DNA from: Naegleria gruberi
Taxonomy: Eukaryota
Strand: one strand, 5' to 3'
Length of the DNA: 64,000 nt
NCBI GenBank assembly: GCA_000004985.1
Contig: GG738915.1
Shown: piece after piece, positions 11,088 to 22,123 of the stretch
Layout of the letters: each line of letters begins with the position of its first letter
Numbering within the stretch: position 1 is the stretch's first letter
The notes under the pieces: model-generated
Told to the model about the DNA's origin: nothing
Databases searched by the model: none
The model's input: the letters and a program-made list of their open reading frames with translations, nothing else
Made by a program: the position numbers and the translations under genes

Positions 11088-13700
11088 ATGTCATCAACAT
11101 TGCCCTCCAAAACAACAGCAACAACGACGAGCAATGCATCTTCTAAAAACAATAACAACAATAACAACCAAACAAACAAGAGAGTACTGAGTGTTTCAAC
11201 CACCTCAACGACACCAACCATAAACATTGAACAAAACAATAGATCGAAAAAGTTGCCCTCCTTACTAATCTCTCGATCTGAGAGAAGTACAGATGATGAG
11301 GATCAACCTCAGGATAATTTCTACTACTCATCAAATAACAAGAACAATACGAACAATCATCAGAATCATCAGAGAAATAATGATGTCGTTCACCCGTTCA
11401 ATAATAATCACCATTCAAAAAAGAGCAACAATAGGAACGAGAGAGTCTTCACCTCGGTTGTTCCATCGAGTCCTTCATCACCATTAGCCTTGCCGAATAC
11501 GACACAGGGAAAGAAAATGCATGCCTTTGAGAATGATTTCAATAAGAGACAACAACAACAACGAGATGGAAGTGTTTCTGTTAGTGATGATGACTCTTCA
11601 CAAAAATCGCTTATTCCAGTACAGTTACTTGGTTTGCGATCAAAGACAATGACTGCTCTGATTATTACCTTTCTATTGATTATTGCCTTGTGTGTTATTG
11701 GATTGTCCATTTCGTTTGATTCGTCTTTTAGGAGTGTGGAAGAGAGAGAGGCAACCGATTCAATTCTCAAACTATCAAAAGCTCTACAAGATGATTACAC
11801 AATTCTAGCCAATCGATTATATGAATATGCTGCTTGGGATGATGTTTATAATGTATTACAGGAAGAGAGTGCAACAAAAGCACAAGATCTTCTCAAGTCA
11901 TTCTTCGCCTGTGAATACATGGATAGGGTAAATTTGAATTTTGCCATGTATTACTTGCCAAATGGAAGCTTTCTTACTGGACTTGGATGTTATAATCAAG
12001 TTGAGTTATCGGTCTTCCCAACAGAACTCACCAATTTGGATCTATCCTTTTTTTCTCAAGTTTACACACCCACAACAAGGATGAGAACGTACATGATTCC
12101 AACAATGACTGTTGAGGATTTACTGGAACAGAGTGGACAAACCAGACCCTCCACATCATCAAGTACCAATATTTTGATGGTCACTGTACAACCAACTCAA
12201 ACAACTGATAATACAGTTTCTAATGGTTTGGCAATCTTTGCAAGTTATATTACAATGAAACTATTGGAGGAAGAATCAAAGAGAGTTAGATTGTGTGCAA
12301 CTTTTTACAATGTCAATAATACAGAGGATAGAAAATATTTGGAAAAGTACTTTTCTCCTGCAAGTGGACAAACTTTGGATCAATATATTTCCCTACAAGC
12401 ATCTTCAATGGTGAGTCCAAATGATACCTGGACATTTAATGGACCTTTCAAAATGTTGGCAGGCTCAGTGAAAGACACGTCCAAAAGAAAATGTGTTAGT
12501 GATGATGATGGAGGTAAGAGAATTTCCTCATTCAAAATTTTGTCAGATTCCAATGGAGTGGGAAGAGTTGTGATGAGAACAGATCTTCCAAGAGATATCT
12601 ATAATCTTGGTTGGTATTCATTCCTCTATACAATTATTGCATTCCTCGTGTTGATTATTATTTTGACATTTTCAATTTTACTATTTGTGGAATTTGTAGT
12701 CTTGAGGAGAGTAATCAAGATTGGATCATTTGTGAGAAATGTTACCACTGAGAGCGACACTTCAAAGAGAATTCAAAAGATGGGAAGAGACGAGCTTGGA
12801 AATTTGTCTCGTGACATTAACAAAATGTTGGAAGCATTGGAATTTTCACAGGAAAAGCTTGCTCGTGACAATAGCTTAATGGAGAAGATTCTTGAAAGAA
12901 CAGCCCTCGAAGAAGAAAAGAGTCGTTGTCTATTGAATTCAATTACGGATTTTATTGCCACTGTGGAGTGTTCTACTGGTTTGATTGTGAGCATCAACTC
13001 ATCATTTGAAAATAAGGTTTTAAAGAAGAAACAAGTAACCAGCGATGATAATAAGGAAGTATTCGATATTTTCGAATATCTCAAAGAATTTTCTGACAAC
13101 AAACAATTATTGGAAAAATTGGACAAATTGTCACATACAGAGGAGAATTTTGATACAATGGTAACAACAGGTTTAGGTAGCAAGTACCCAGTCTCTATCA
13201 ATGTAAATAAGACCAAGATGACACTCAGAGAGGGACAAGTTGGAGAAGCTTTCATTGTAGTGATGAAAAACCTCTCCGAACAAAAGGATTTCAGAAATCT
13301 AGTTCAACAAGAGAAACTTTCTCAAATCCAACAAATTACCAAATTTGAAAAGATGATGAATGATCAAGATATGAGAAAACGATTCAGAGCTTTTGCAGAA
13401 AAGGAACAAAGCGTTGAAAACTTCCTCTTCTTGGAAGATATTGAAGTTTACAAATCACTGCCAACCACAAAGGAAAGAGCCATTCTCCAAGAAGCAATTA
13501 CAAAGAAATATCTGCAAAATGATAGTGAATTCCCACTCAATGTTTCACAAAAAGTATTAGAAACAGAGTATAAGAAAATTTCAATAGGTTATGGACAACT
13601 TTCTCTCTTTGATAGACTAGAAACCATTGTAAAGGGTATGATTTTAGGTGATACATTCCAAAGATTTATTGATCATGAACAAAATGAGCTCAATAAATAA
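11088..13700 (+). CDS. Receptor-like signalling protein: N/Q-rich N-terminus, then TM1, a ~310-aa extracytoplasmic sensor-like domain and TM2, then HAMP, a PAS-like region and a C-terminal RGS domain
   Basis: TM segments 'ALIITFLLIIALCVIGLSI' and 'YTIIAFLVLIIILTFSILLFVEFVVL'. The HAMP-like region is 'VLRRVIKIGSFVRNV...MGRDELGNLSRDINKMLEAL'. The RGS domain is 'FRAFAEKEQSVENFLFLEDIEVYK...FDRLETIVKGMILGDTFQRFI'. Confidence 0.75.
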   Translation: MSSTLPSKTTATTTSNASSKNNNNNNNQTNKRVLSVSTTSTTPTINIEQNNRSKKLPSLLISRSERSTDDEDQPQDNFYYSSNNKNNTNNHQNHQRNNDVVHPFNNNHHSKKSNNRNERVFTSVVPSSPSSPLALPNTTQGKKMHAFENDFNKRQQQQRDGSVSVSDDDSSQKSLIPVQLLGLRSKTMTALIITFLLIIALCVIGLSISFDSSFRSVEEREATDSILKLSKALQDDYTILANRLYEYAAWDDVYNVLQEESATKAQDLLKSFFACEYMDRVNLNFAMYYLPNGSFLTGLGCYNQVELSVFPTELTNLDLSFFSQVYTPTTRMRTYMIPTMTVEDLLEQSGQTRPSTSSSTNILMVTVQPTQTTDNTVSNGLAIFASYITMKLLEEESKRVRLCATFYNVNNTEDRKYLEKYFSPASGQTLDQYISLQASSMVSPNDTWTFNGPFKMLAGSVKDTSKRKCVSDDDGGKRISSFKILSDSNGVGRVVMRTDLPRDIYNLGWYSFLYTIIAFLVLIIILTFSILLFVEFVVLRRVIKIGSFVRNVTTESDTSKRIQKMGRDELGNLSRDINKMLEALEFSQEKLARDNSLMEKILERTALEEEKSRCLLNSITDFIATVECSTGLIVSINSSFENKVLKKKQVTSDDNKEVFDIFEYLKEFSDNKQLLEKLDKLSHTEENFDTMVTTGLGSKYPVSINVNKTKMTLREGQVGEAFIVVMKNLSEQKDFRNLVQQEKLSQIQQITKFEKMMNDQDMRKRFRAFAEKEQSVENFLFLEDIEVYKSLPTTKERAILQEAITKKYLQNDSEFPLNVSQKVLETEYKKISIGYGQLSLFDRLETIVKGMILGDTFQRFIDHEQNELNK

Positions 13701-14632
13701 CTGTAGTTTCAAATTCTCAAAAAGACAATTGAAACTTAAAAGGAAAGAAATTGTTTAATTGTCCATGGGATTCTTTTAGTAGCTAGATGTGATATATCAT
13801 GTTGGTTCTTAGAAAGACCTTGCTTGAAAATGACTGCTATTGTCAAATGCATTTTCATTATTTAATAATTTACAACAATTCAACATTTTAAACTATTATT
13901 ATTCCACATTCTTTTCATGTATGCTGCTGAATTTGTTTCTAAGCATGATTTTTGTAAACCGGAGTTCGGTCATTTAATCGTTGGTCATGAAACTCTCAGT
14001 CTCAAACGATGAAATATTAATAACAATCCATTCGGTCTCCAATCTTCTTTTCCAATCTACATGTGACCCTAGAACAGAACATTCTTAGAACAAGCTAGCC
14101 AGCAATTCAATTTTGATTGCTCATCAATCTTTTTGAATAAATATAAAGTGTAAGGATTCAATAATTTCATATTGAGCACCCAATCTTACCTCTAACATTG
14201 ACAAACATCGAATTTTTCAATCATTTTCGTATCAATGAGCCAACCATTCATGTCTCTTTGATGTCTTTGGTTTTTTTGAGGCTTTCACCGAAAATGAACG
14301 AGACTCATCTCCTTCCTTTGTGTGACTCGAATTAAAATTTTCCCTCCAAAAAAAAAATCAAGAGACTGTGTTGTGCTACTAATCCGCTAGTCGACGACGT
14401 TTATTTGCACGAACAACAATAACAACTGCACGCTCTCTCTAATTTCTCTAGTAGTAGTGTAGTTTTTCATAGTAGTAAAAAAGACGATTATTTTTAATCA
14501 AAAATCCCATCAACAATAACAACTTCATCATCTTTAGAGTTGTTTTACTTCCATCACAGAGAAAAATTTTGTTATTTTATCTTGTCTACACCGCCCTTTT
14601 AAACACCCTTTAACAATATACAATAATATAAA

Positions 14633-15077
14633 ATGTCAAACCCAGAAGACCAACCAATTAATGAAGTCGATGCTGACGAAGAAGTCGAAATGACTGAGGA
14701 AGAAAAGAGAGAAATGGAAAAGAATCAAGAAGCCAAGCTGAAACAAATGCGCGGTGCTGAAGAATTGAAGGTTAGTTTACAAGCTCTTACTAGTATAATA
14801 ATAATATTATAATTAATTATAATAATGATTTTAATTGGCTGCAATTACGATTGGAATTTATACAAAATAATTATCTAAATTATTATAATAATAACAATAG
14901 AATACTAAACATTCATATCTTATTAAGAAGGATCGTAAGAAGTTTGACTCTGCTGACTATGTCATGAAGAAGAATAATGCTGAAAACAAGGGTGAAACAG
15001 TTCCAAATACCATCAAGAAGGGTGAAATCGCTCAAAGAAGATTCGGAAGCCACGTGACTGGAGATAAGAAAGAATAA
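14633..15077 (+). CDS. ENSA: Endosulfine/ARPP-19 family protein (Greatwall-kinase substrate, PP2A-B55 inhibitor). Exons join(14633..14770,14928..15077).
   Basis: Family signature 'KKFDSADYVMKK' (compare KYFDSGDYNMAK). Exon 1 'MSNPEDQPINEV...GAEELK' ends at a GTTAGT donor. The 157-nt AT-rich intron ends at 'ttaag'. The gene is absent from the ORF track because of the intron. Confidence 0.65.
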
Positions 15078-15417
15078 TTCACAAATTCCCACCTTTTTAA
15101 TACCACAAAACCTTAGCTTTCCCATGTATACTTTACACTTCCATCTTTCCCACTATTCAAATACATCTTGGATAGACTTTTCGTTCAACACCAATCCCGT
15201 TGTCTCCTTTTTCAATAATAATAAATTTTGAAATTTGTTAGATTTAACACACTTAATGGTACTTGAATCTTGCACCATACACACGAATCCTTCCAGATTT
15301 GGTTATGCACTAAAATTGTGTGTCAATGGACATTGAGCCAGCTCTGTGAAGTTATTGAGCAGTACATTAATATTAACGAATAGGTTGGGAAGGTTTAAAG
15401 AAAGTTTATTCAAAAAA

Positions 15418-15909
15418 ATGTTTTTCAATCTAATCGATAGTGATACATCAACCCCCTCTCTGCATCATAATACAACATCAAACAATAATGGATCGGATCA
15501 TGCAAATTCTATCAATTCCTTCATTGACAAAATACAAGATAAATTCGCAACGAATCAATTAGTGAGTGATTTGATCATCTTCCACAATTCCAAACTCTTG
15601 ACCAGCAAGAAGGAACAACAATACTCGATAGAGCCATCACTCTCTGATGCTCTCTTCCGTGATGATGGAGAAATGATGAACAATCATCAAACCTGCATTC
15701 AATTTAATAATACCAAATTTATCATCACTCAGAGACCTTCCTCAAATATGATTATTGCCACAACTGTGCATCAGAGAGAGGCCCTTTTATTGTCTCAGAT
15801 TTATTCAAATTGTTTTTTGGTTTTGAGATTTGAGAGGAGACAAGGTATTATCATGATGAAAACAATTCAGGATGCTATTTGTTATATTGAGAAATGTGTT
15901 GAATTGTAG
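15418..15909 (+). CDS. Small hypothetical protein, possibly roadblock/longin-like alpha-beta fold (163 aa)
   Basis: First in-frame ATG at 15418; the track ORF uses GTG at 15346. The C-terminal half 'TCIQFNNTKFIITQRPSSNMIIATTVHQ' resembles roadblock/LC7-type strands. Unassigned. Confidence 0.4.
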   Translation: MFFNLIDSDTSTPSLHHNTTSNNNGSDHANSINSFIDKIQDKFATNQLVSDLIIFHNSKLLTSKKEQQYSIEPSLSDALFRDDGEMMNNHQTCIQFNNTKFIITQRPSSNMIIATTVHQREALLLSQIYSNCFLVLRFERRQGIIMMKTIQDAICYIEKCVEL

Positions 15910-16119
15910 AGAATTTATTTCAATTCATATCCATTACTAATGAAATAATATTAGAATAGTCAATTAAGGTTTGAAATATATTAGAATCGTGCCACCAATC
16001 CATTTGATTATATGAATGTATTGTGATTATCTTTACCATAGTAATCATTTGCTTCTGAAGAACAAAATTTGACCACAGGTTTTCGATCACAAAATCTACT
16101 TTATAAAAAATCTTTTAAA

Positions 16120-16936
16120 ATGGTGGTATGTAAAATTGCTCTCCGCTTGAGGAGGAACGAGAATCTAATCATGATGTGCTGGTAAAACTACAAATATCAA
16201 ACAATATATATTAAAAATCTTTATGATCACGATTTGTGGAATTAAATTAATAATAATATTGGACCTATGAAAAACAATAATTTGTGAAATAATTATTCTT
16301 CATCAATCATCATCATATGAAAAACTTGTCATCATCAAAATGTGAATAACATCATCAATCGGATATTGAATATAATAGCTTGTTTTAGTTATTGGAGATC
16401 TCCACATTCCACACAGAGCCAACGATCTTCCAGAACAATTTAAAGCCTTGCTTGTTCCTGGTAAAATTCAACACATTCTCTGTACTGGTAACTTGTGTTC
16501 AAAGGAAACTTATGAATATTTGAAAACTATTGCTCCTGATGTTCATGTTGTTAAGGGAGAATTTGATGAAAAATTCAAAGGAATTTCACCACCAAAGGAA
16601 TCTGAAATTATAGAAATTGGACAAGTTAAAATTGGTCTCATTCATGGTCATCAAATCGTTCCATGGAATGATAAGGAATCACTTTCCATGTGGCAAAGAA
16701 AATTGGATGTTCACTTGTTAATTTCTGGACATACTCACGAACACAAAGCTTTTGATTATCAAGGAAAGTTTTACGTAAATCCAGGTAGTGCAACTGGAGC
16801 CTTTTCTCCATTAACAGAAAACGTTGTTCCAACATTTGTCTTGATGGATATTCAAGGAGGAACTATTGTGAATTACATTTACCAATTAGAAGATGGAGAA
16901 GTTAGAGTGAAAAAGAAGGAATTTCGTATTCAATAA
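16120..16936 (+). CDS. VPS29: Vps29 (retromer metallophosphoesterase-fold subunit). Exons join(16120..16125,16379..16936).
   Basis: '[48 protein letters not shown]' matches human [14 protein letters not shown]...[17 protein letters not shown]. An in-frame stop at 16376 forces a 5' micro-exon. 'ATGGTG|gtatgt' at 16120 gives a canonical donor. The intron is 253 nt and ends 'aatag'. Confidence 0.8.
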
Positions 16937-17038
16937 AAAAGTGTAATATTAAATATTTAAATAATCGAATTTAGTGGAATTGTAATTTAGCCAAAACCTA
17001 AAACTAGTCTCATGTTAGTCAAATCGGAAATTATGGGT

Positions 17039-17840
17039 TTATTCCAAAGCAACAACAGCACCCATTTCTTCAAGAGCCTTCTTGAGAGCTTCAGCTTCTT
17101 CCTTTGGAACGTCCTTTTGTATAACAACTGGTGCAGATTCAACCATTTCCTTAGCAGCCTTGAGGGTAAGGTTCTTATCAATCTTTCTAAGTTCCTTGAT
17201 GATTGAGATTTTACCCTTTTCGTCAATCTTTTCAATTTTAACGTTGAATGAAGATTTGACAACTTCTTCCTTCTTTTCTTCCTTAACTTCTTCCTTAACT
17301 TCAGCAGCAGCTGGGGCAGCTTGAGCGGCCATAGCTTGCATCATAGCTGGGTTCATGGCCATCATACCGCCACCACCCATTGGTCCGAAATCCAATCCCA
17401 AACCAACCTTGAGCATAGCTTCAGTTGGGTTAGGTATATCAATATCAATACCAACACTGTTCTATTAAAGTTATTGTTGTTGTTGTTGTTGTGTGTTATC
17501 ATTGTTATTATATTGTTAGAGAAATTTGTGTCATTTAAAGGCGCAAACAATATTCCGTGAAAAATTGCCGATAATTATTAATTAATTATTGATACTCTAT
17601 CATTCGTTTCGGTATGAATCTACTTACTCTCAAATATTGTTGAAGCATTATACTTTCCAAAACATTGAGAGACAAAACATCATCACCAATTTTCTTAACT
17701 TTTTCTGGAAGAACAACTTTACCCTTTGATGGGATTTCAACGAATTCTTCGCATCTACAAGCAGATGTATGATATGATTTAAAAGAAGAAACTCTTGAGA
17801 GTCTAAGTTTGCGGGAAGTGGAGGCAATTCTACTCAACAT
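17039..17840 (-). CDS. MRPL12: Mitochondrial ribosomal protein bL12 (L7/L12). Exons complement(join(17039..17461,17628..17840)).
   Basis: Presequence '[17 protein letters not shown]'. N-terminal domain '[19 protein letters not shown]'. Ala/Pro/Gly hinge. CTD '[66 protein letters not shown]'. The GTAAGT donor and 'taatag' acceptor define a 166-nt intron containing a (TTG)n microsatellite. Confidence 0.8.
17472..17497. repeat. (TTG)n microsatellite inside the bL12 intron
   Basis: 'ttattgttgttgttgttgttgtgtg'. Confidence 0.7.
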
Positions 17841-18246
17841 TTTTTTTTCGAGTTTATTTTTTTACAACTCTTCTTAAAATTACAACACCGAATAGAGCAC
17901 AATTTAGATTGGATTTTAGAAGAATTAATTATATAATATTGTATACTTGTTGTTCTAATAGTAATAGAAGAAGAATTGTGAGAAGTTTGTTGAAGGTTTT
18001 TATGGTTGTTTCATTGGAGTGTGATGAAAAAACCTCACATAAAATGTGAGCAAGAAAAAATCTTCGGGAGATGCAAATTACATCTAGAATAGTAGCCAGA
18101 ATATGATAGAACTTTTCTATTACTACTATGAGCCAATAACAACAAAGTTAACACCAACTAGTTAGACAGCAAACCAAGTAGTCAGAGCAGTGACGAACAT
18201 TACATGTTTGATGACGATGTAATCTAAAAATTATTATTATTAAAAA

Positions 18247-18807
18247 ATGGAAGCATTCATTCATCAGATCAAGGGACTCTTTATTTTGGACAAGGAGGGT
18301 AAACGATTGCTTAGCAAATACTACTCCAACGATCTGAAGAGTAACTTGTCCAAACAATTAAATTTGGAGGAAAGTGTTTCTAGTAAGACGATTAAATCTA
18401 AAATACAACCAACTGGTGATATTGATATCATCATGATTGAAAGTTATAATATTGTTTATCAAAATGTTCAAGATGTATACTTTTTTGTTGTTGGAGCTGG
18501 ATATGAAAATGAATTAGTATTATCGGAAGTGTTATCAGGATTTATTGATGGATTATTAATGTTATTTAGAAATCAATTAAATAAGAGAACATTCCTCGAA
18601 AATTTCGATTTGATCGTCTTATCCTTAGACGAAGTTTTAGAAGATGGTATAATCATAGAAATTGATGCTACAGCTATTGCTCAAAAAGTTGCTGCTGTTG
18701 AATCTGGAACAGACACAGCAGTTGAAGGAGCCGAAACCTTCACACAAGTTTTCAAATCGGCCAGAGACCAATTATCAGAATTGGCTGGATCTTTCTTCCA
18801 ATTCTAA
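18247..18807 (+). CDS. COPZ: Coatomer zeta subunit (zeta-COP)
   Basis: 'GLFILDKEGKRLLSKYY', 'YFFVVGAGYENELVLSEVL' and 'LDEVLEDGIIIE' match COPZ1 ('AILILDNDGDRLFAKYY', 'YFYVIGSSYENELMLMAVL', 'VDEIVDGGVILE'). Confidence 0.8.
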   Translation: MEAFIHQIKGLFILDKEGKRLLSKYYSNDLKSNLSKQLNLEESVSSKTIKSKIQPTGDIDIIMIESYNIVYQNVQDVYFFVVGAGYENELVLSEVLSGFIDGLLMLFRNQLNKRTFLENFDLIVLSLDEVLEDGIIIEIDATAIAQKVAAVESGTDTAVEGAETFTQVFKSARDQLSELAGSFFQF

Positions 18808-19300
18808 TTATTTATTTTGTAATAATAACAATCCCTAATACAACAACAAAACTCTTAAATACATTCATAACACACAACATTAAATTTTGATTTAAAATCT
18901 CTTCCAATCATAATCGCCACTTTACTGTAAACAATTACATTTCATTTGAACATTAATACTGTGTGTGGTGAAGAGCTGGTATACCACCTCAACTAAATAG
19001 TTAGCATCAACCACATTGGACCAACTTCATGATTTTGACTGAATGCTCTCGATAAAATTGTTCTTTTCATTGTGGCCAAAGAAGAGCTTGGCACTTTCAA
19101 TCAAAAAAATAGAGCAACAAGAGTTTGAGAAAAACTTTATACAGTTGCAAGCACCCTCACCAACTTAAAGGAAGTCTGTTTAAATTGTTCATCAAGCAAA
19201 TACAAGAAAAACAGCATCAATAACATTTCTAACTGAAGAATATCATCATTATAAATCACTTCCGACAAGACCTTTTCGAATTAATTGGATTTTAAACACA

Positions 19301-20365
19301 ATGAACAACAATAACAAAACAACCAATTCTACAGAAGTTCTCATAGATATTGAAGATACATCAACAACCATAACAGAATCGGATATCAAACATGAACCAC
19401 AACCATCTAAACAATCATCCTTCTTCTCAGCAAACAAGAATACTATTAATTTCCTTGCAGGAGGTATCTCGGGATCCATTGCTGCTGTTGCAACCCAACC
19501 ACTAGATGTGCTTAAAACAAGATTCCAAAGCTCAGCAGGAATTTACAATGAAACTACAGCCCAAAGTCGTTTTTTCCTCACTAAAATTATAGATTCCCTC
19601 AAAGTAACAGCTAGAAATGAAGGTATGCATGGTCTTTTTAGAGGATTAATACCAAATATTGTTGGTATTTTCCCATCTAGAGCTATTTACTTTGCCACAT
19701 ATTCAGCAGCTAAGGATTTTTTCAGCAAATATACCTCCTTATCTACAGAGAGTCCAATAGTTCACATTGCAAGTGCTGCTGCTTGTGGTGTTGTGGTCCC
19801 AGGTACAATGAATCCAATGTTTTTGGTCAAGACTAGAATTCAATTAGATCAACATTCCCGAAATCAAACTCCAGGTAGCAATACTCCTGGCTATAATGGA
19901 TATGCTGATTGTATTAAGAAAATTTATAAGAATGAAGGAATTGGAGGTTTTTATAAGGGTCTCACTGCATCCTTCTTGGGAATATTTGAAACAGCCATTT
20001 ACTTTGTTCTCTATGAGCAAGTTAAGGCCTTTGCACAGAAATCTTCAAATGGAGAGGACAAGAAATTCACACCTCTCACATACATTACACTTAGTGGAAG
20101 TTGCAAACTTATTGCTAGTGCACTGACCTATCCACACGAAGTTGTGAGAACAAGAATGAGAGAAATAGTTAATGGCAAATGTAGATATGATAAGGGTATG
20201 ATTAATGCCTTTAAAACTATCGCTGTAGAAGAAGGAACAAAGGGTCTCTATTCTGGAATGGGTGCTCACTTGGTTAGAGTTGTTCCAACAACTGCTATCA
20301 TGTTCTTATCATTTGAATTTATTGTTCACTTTATGGAAAAACATTATGGTGAAGCCAAACAATAA
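19301..20365 (+). CDS. Mitochondrial carrier family protein, Rim2/SLC25A33-36-like (pyrimidine nucleotide carrier type)
   Basis: Three Mito_carr repeats: 'PLDVLKTRFQ', 'PMFLVKTRIQ' and 'YPHEVVRTRMRE'. The last is the Rim2-type signature. Six TM helices. Confidence 0.75.
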   Translation: MNNNNKTTNSTEVLIDIEDTSTTITESDIKHEPQPSKQSSFFSANKNTINFLAGGISGSIAAVATQPLDVLKTRFQSSAGIYNETTAQSRFFLTKIIDSLKVTARNEGMHGLFRGLIPNIVGIFPSRAIYFATYSAAKDFFSKYTSLSTESPIVHIASAAACGVVVPGTMNPMFLVKTRIQLDQHSRNQTPGSNTPGYNGYADCIKKIYKNEGIGGFYKGLTASFLGIFETAIYFVLYEQVKAFAQKSSNGEDKKFTPLTYITLSGSCKLIASALTYPHEVVRTRMREIVNGKCRYDKGMINAFKTIAVEEGTKGLYSGMGAHLVRVVPTTAIMFLSFEFIVHFMEKHYGEAKQ

Positions 20366-20778
20366 TTTTCAAAGAATATTTGCTTAATAAGCCACAATTT
20401 TGAATAATATAACGAGAGAGGAATAGGTAAAGAAGATTGGCCCTATTTTAAGGTCATTGCTTTTTGATGATTGAGTGAACTCAACCATAAAAATCAACAA
20501 CCATTTCATATTTTTTTATTCGTTATTTACCTGTTGGTGACTGACTTGAAATGTTGACAAACTTACATGGTTTCAAACTCTTGGTTTCATAATTTGAAAG
20601 AATGATTTTTGAAATAAAGCATTTTGGACTTGAAGATCAGTCTTTAACACGTACTACTACCCAATGAATTCCTCTTCAATGACATTCTCCTTGGAAATTG
20701 GAACTACCTTCCTTACAAGAAACTATTTAAATATGAACAAGGACCAAACAATTCTTGCATTTTCAAAACAAAAAAATA

Positions 20779-21825
20779 ATGTCATTCAATATCACTAGTT
20801 TAGCTAAAGGTAAATGGATCAGAGCCAATCACTTGGAGGAGCCTGGTTATGATCAAGAATTGGTTGATTGGAGTGAAAAACTTGTCGACTTGGTTATTGT
20901 AATGGACAATACTTCATCAATGAGTGGCGAGATCAAAATTGCCAAAGATACAGTTCAATCGATCATTACAACATTGCACGACCACTTTCAATCAGATTTG
21001 AGATTTTCAGCAGTTAGTTACAGAGACCACACCGATGACTATGTTGTGAAGGAATATCCATTCACAAAGAATGTTGAAAAAGCAAAAGGTTATGTCAATG
21101 AAATGTTTGCTAAAGGGGGAGGAGACATGCCTGAGGCCTTGGCTTCGGCATTAAAGGTCGTCAATGAAATTCCATTCAATAAGAAGGGTAGAAAGATATG
21201 TATTTGGATTGCAGACGCTCCACCTCATGGAATGGGAGCAAGTGGAGATTACTTCCCAGATGGATGTAAGGATGAACAGGGAGAAATCATTGATTGGATC
21301 AAATTGGCTTCTCATTTGCAGGAAAAGAATGTCGTATTCTATTCCATTATTTGTGGAAGATCAAAGAATGATCAACAATTATCCTTATTCATGGATTATT
21401 TGGCTACCAAGACAGATGGAAAATGCATGTTATTAACTGAGGCCAATAAGATTCCAAATCTGATTATCAATGGATGTATTGAAGATGAACAAATGGATCG
21501 TCTTGTTGAGGAGAGGATTAAAGAGCTTGGAAAGGAGAATGCCAAGGCAATGAAAGAAGAAGAGTTGATTGCTCACGTTCATAAATTAACATTGGAAGCC
21601 AAGGTTCCACAAGTCCACAATTACAAAGTCTCCTCAAGCAGGACTGGAGCCCTACTGGCATGCTCATCAATGTCTTCAGTTGATAGAAATTGGTACTCAA
21701 CAGCTACCAATGCATTCCAAGCTGAAGGAGCATCTGACAACCCGTTCTCTGTTGGTTCGGTTTCAGTTGCACCTCCAACAACTGATCAATTAAAGAAGGC
21801 ATGTGCAAGAAACCTTAGAAAATAA
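20779..21825 (+). CDS. von Willebrand factor A (vWA) domain protein with MIDAS motif
   Basis: 'LVIVMDNTSSMSGEI' (DxSxS MIDAS), then 'ICIWIADAPPHG'. The first ATG is at 20779. Confidence 0.65.
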   Translation: MSFNITSLAKGKWIRANHLEEPGYDQELVDWSEKLVDLVIVMDNTSSMSGEIKIAKDTVQSIITTLHDHFQSDLRFSAVSYRDHTDDYVVKEYPFTKNVEKAKGYVNEMFAKGGGDMPEALASALKVVNEIPFNKKGRKICIWIADAPPHGMGASGDYFPDGCKDEQGEIIDWIKLASHLQEKNVVFYSIICGRSKNDQQLSLFMDYLATKTDGKCMLLTEANKIPNLIINGCIEDEQMDRLVEERIKELGKENAKAMKEEELIAHVHKLTLEAKVPQVHNYKVSSSRTGALLACSSMSSVDRNWYSTATNAFQAEGASDNPFSVGSVSVAPPTTDQLKKACARNLRK

Positions 21826-21880
21826 ACTCCAGTGTAAATAACAAAATCGATTATTTTTGTGTTGAAAACTAAAATTCATT

Positions 21881-21953
21881 CGCCCACCGTGGGGGTCGAA
21901 CCCACGACCACAAGGTTAAGAGCCTTGCGCTCTACCGACTGAGCTAGACGGGC
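21881..21953 (-). tRNA. tRNA-Lys (anticodon CUU)
   Basis: Reverse complement GCCCGTCTAGCTCAGTCGGTAGAGCGCAAGGCTCTTAACCTTGTGGTCGTGGGTTCGACCCCCACGGTGGGCG. Anticodon loop CTCTTAA. Terminator T-run downstream on the coding strand. Confidence 0.9.
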
Positions 21954-22123
21954 TACATTCAAACATTTGTATTCTATTGATATTCTTATAGATGTGTAAA
22001 ACAGTGTGGTTTCATTGTACTTGTGTGATATTTATCATTGCCTCTTTATGAAAAAACCACCACAAAACAATAAGTAATTGTATGAACAAATTGAATGGAT
22101 AATAAAATATCATTACAAAAAAA

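Noticed and set aside
16448-16936. Vps29 ORF starting at TTG 16448
   Set aside because: Homology continues upstream in the same frame ([13 protein letters not shown]) to an acceptor at 16378. The real start is a spliced ATG micro-exon.
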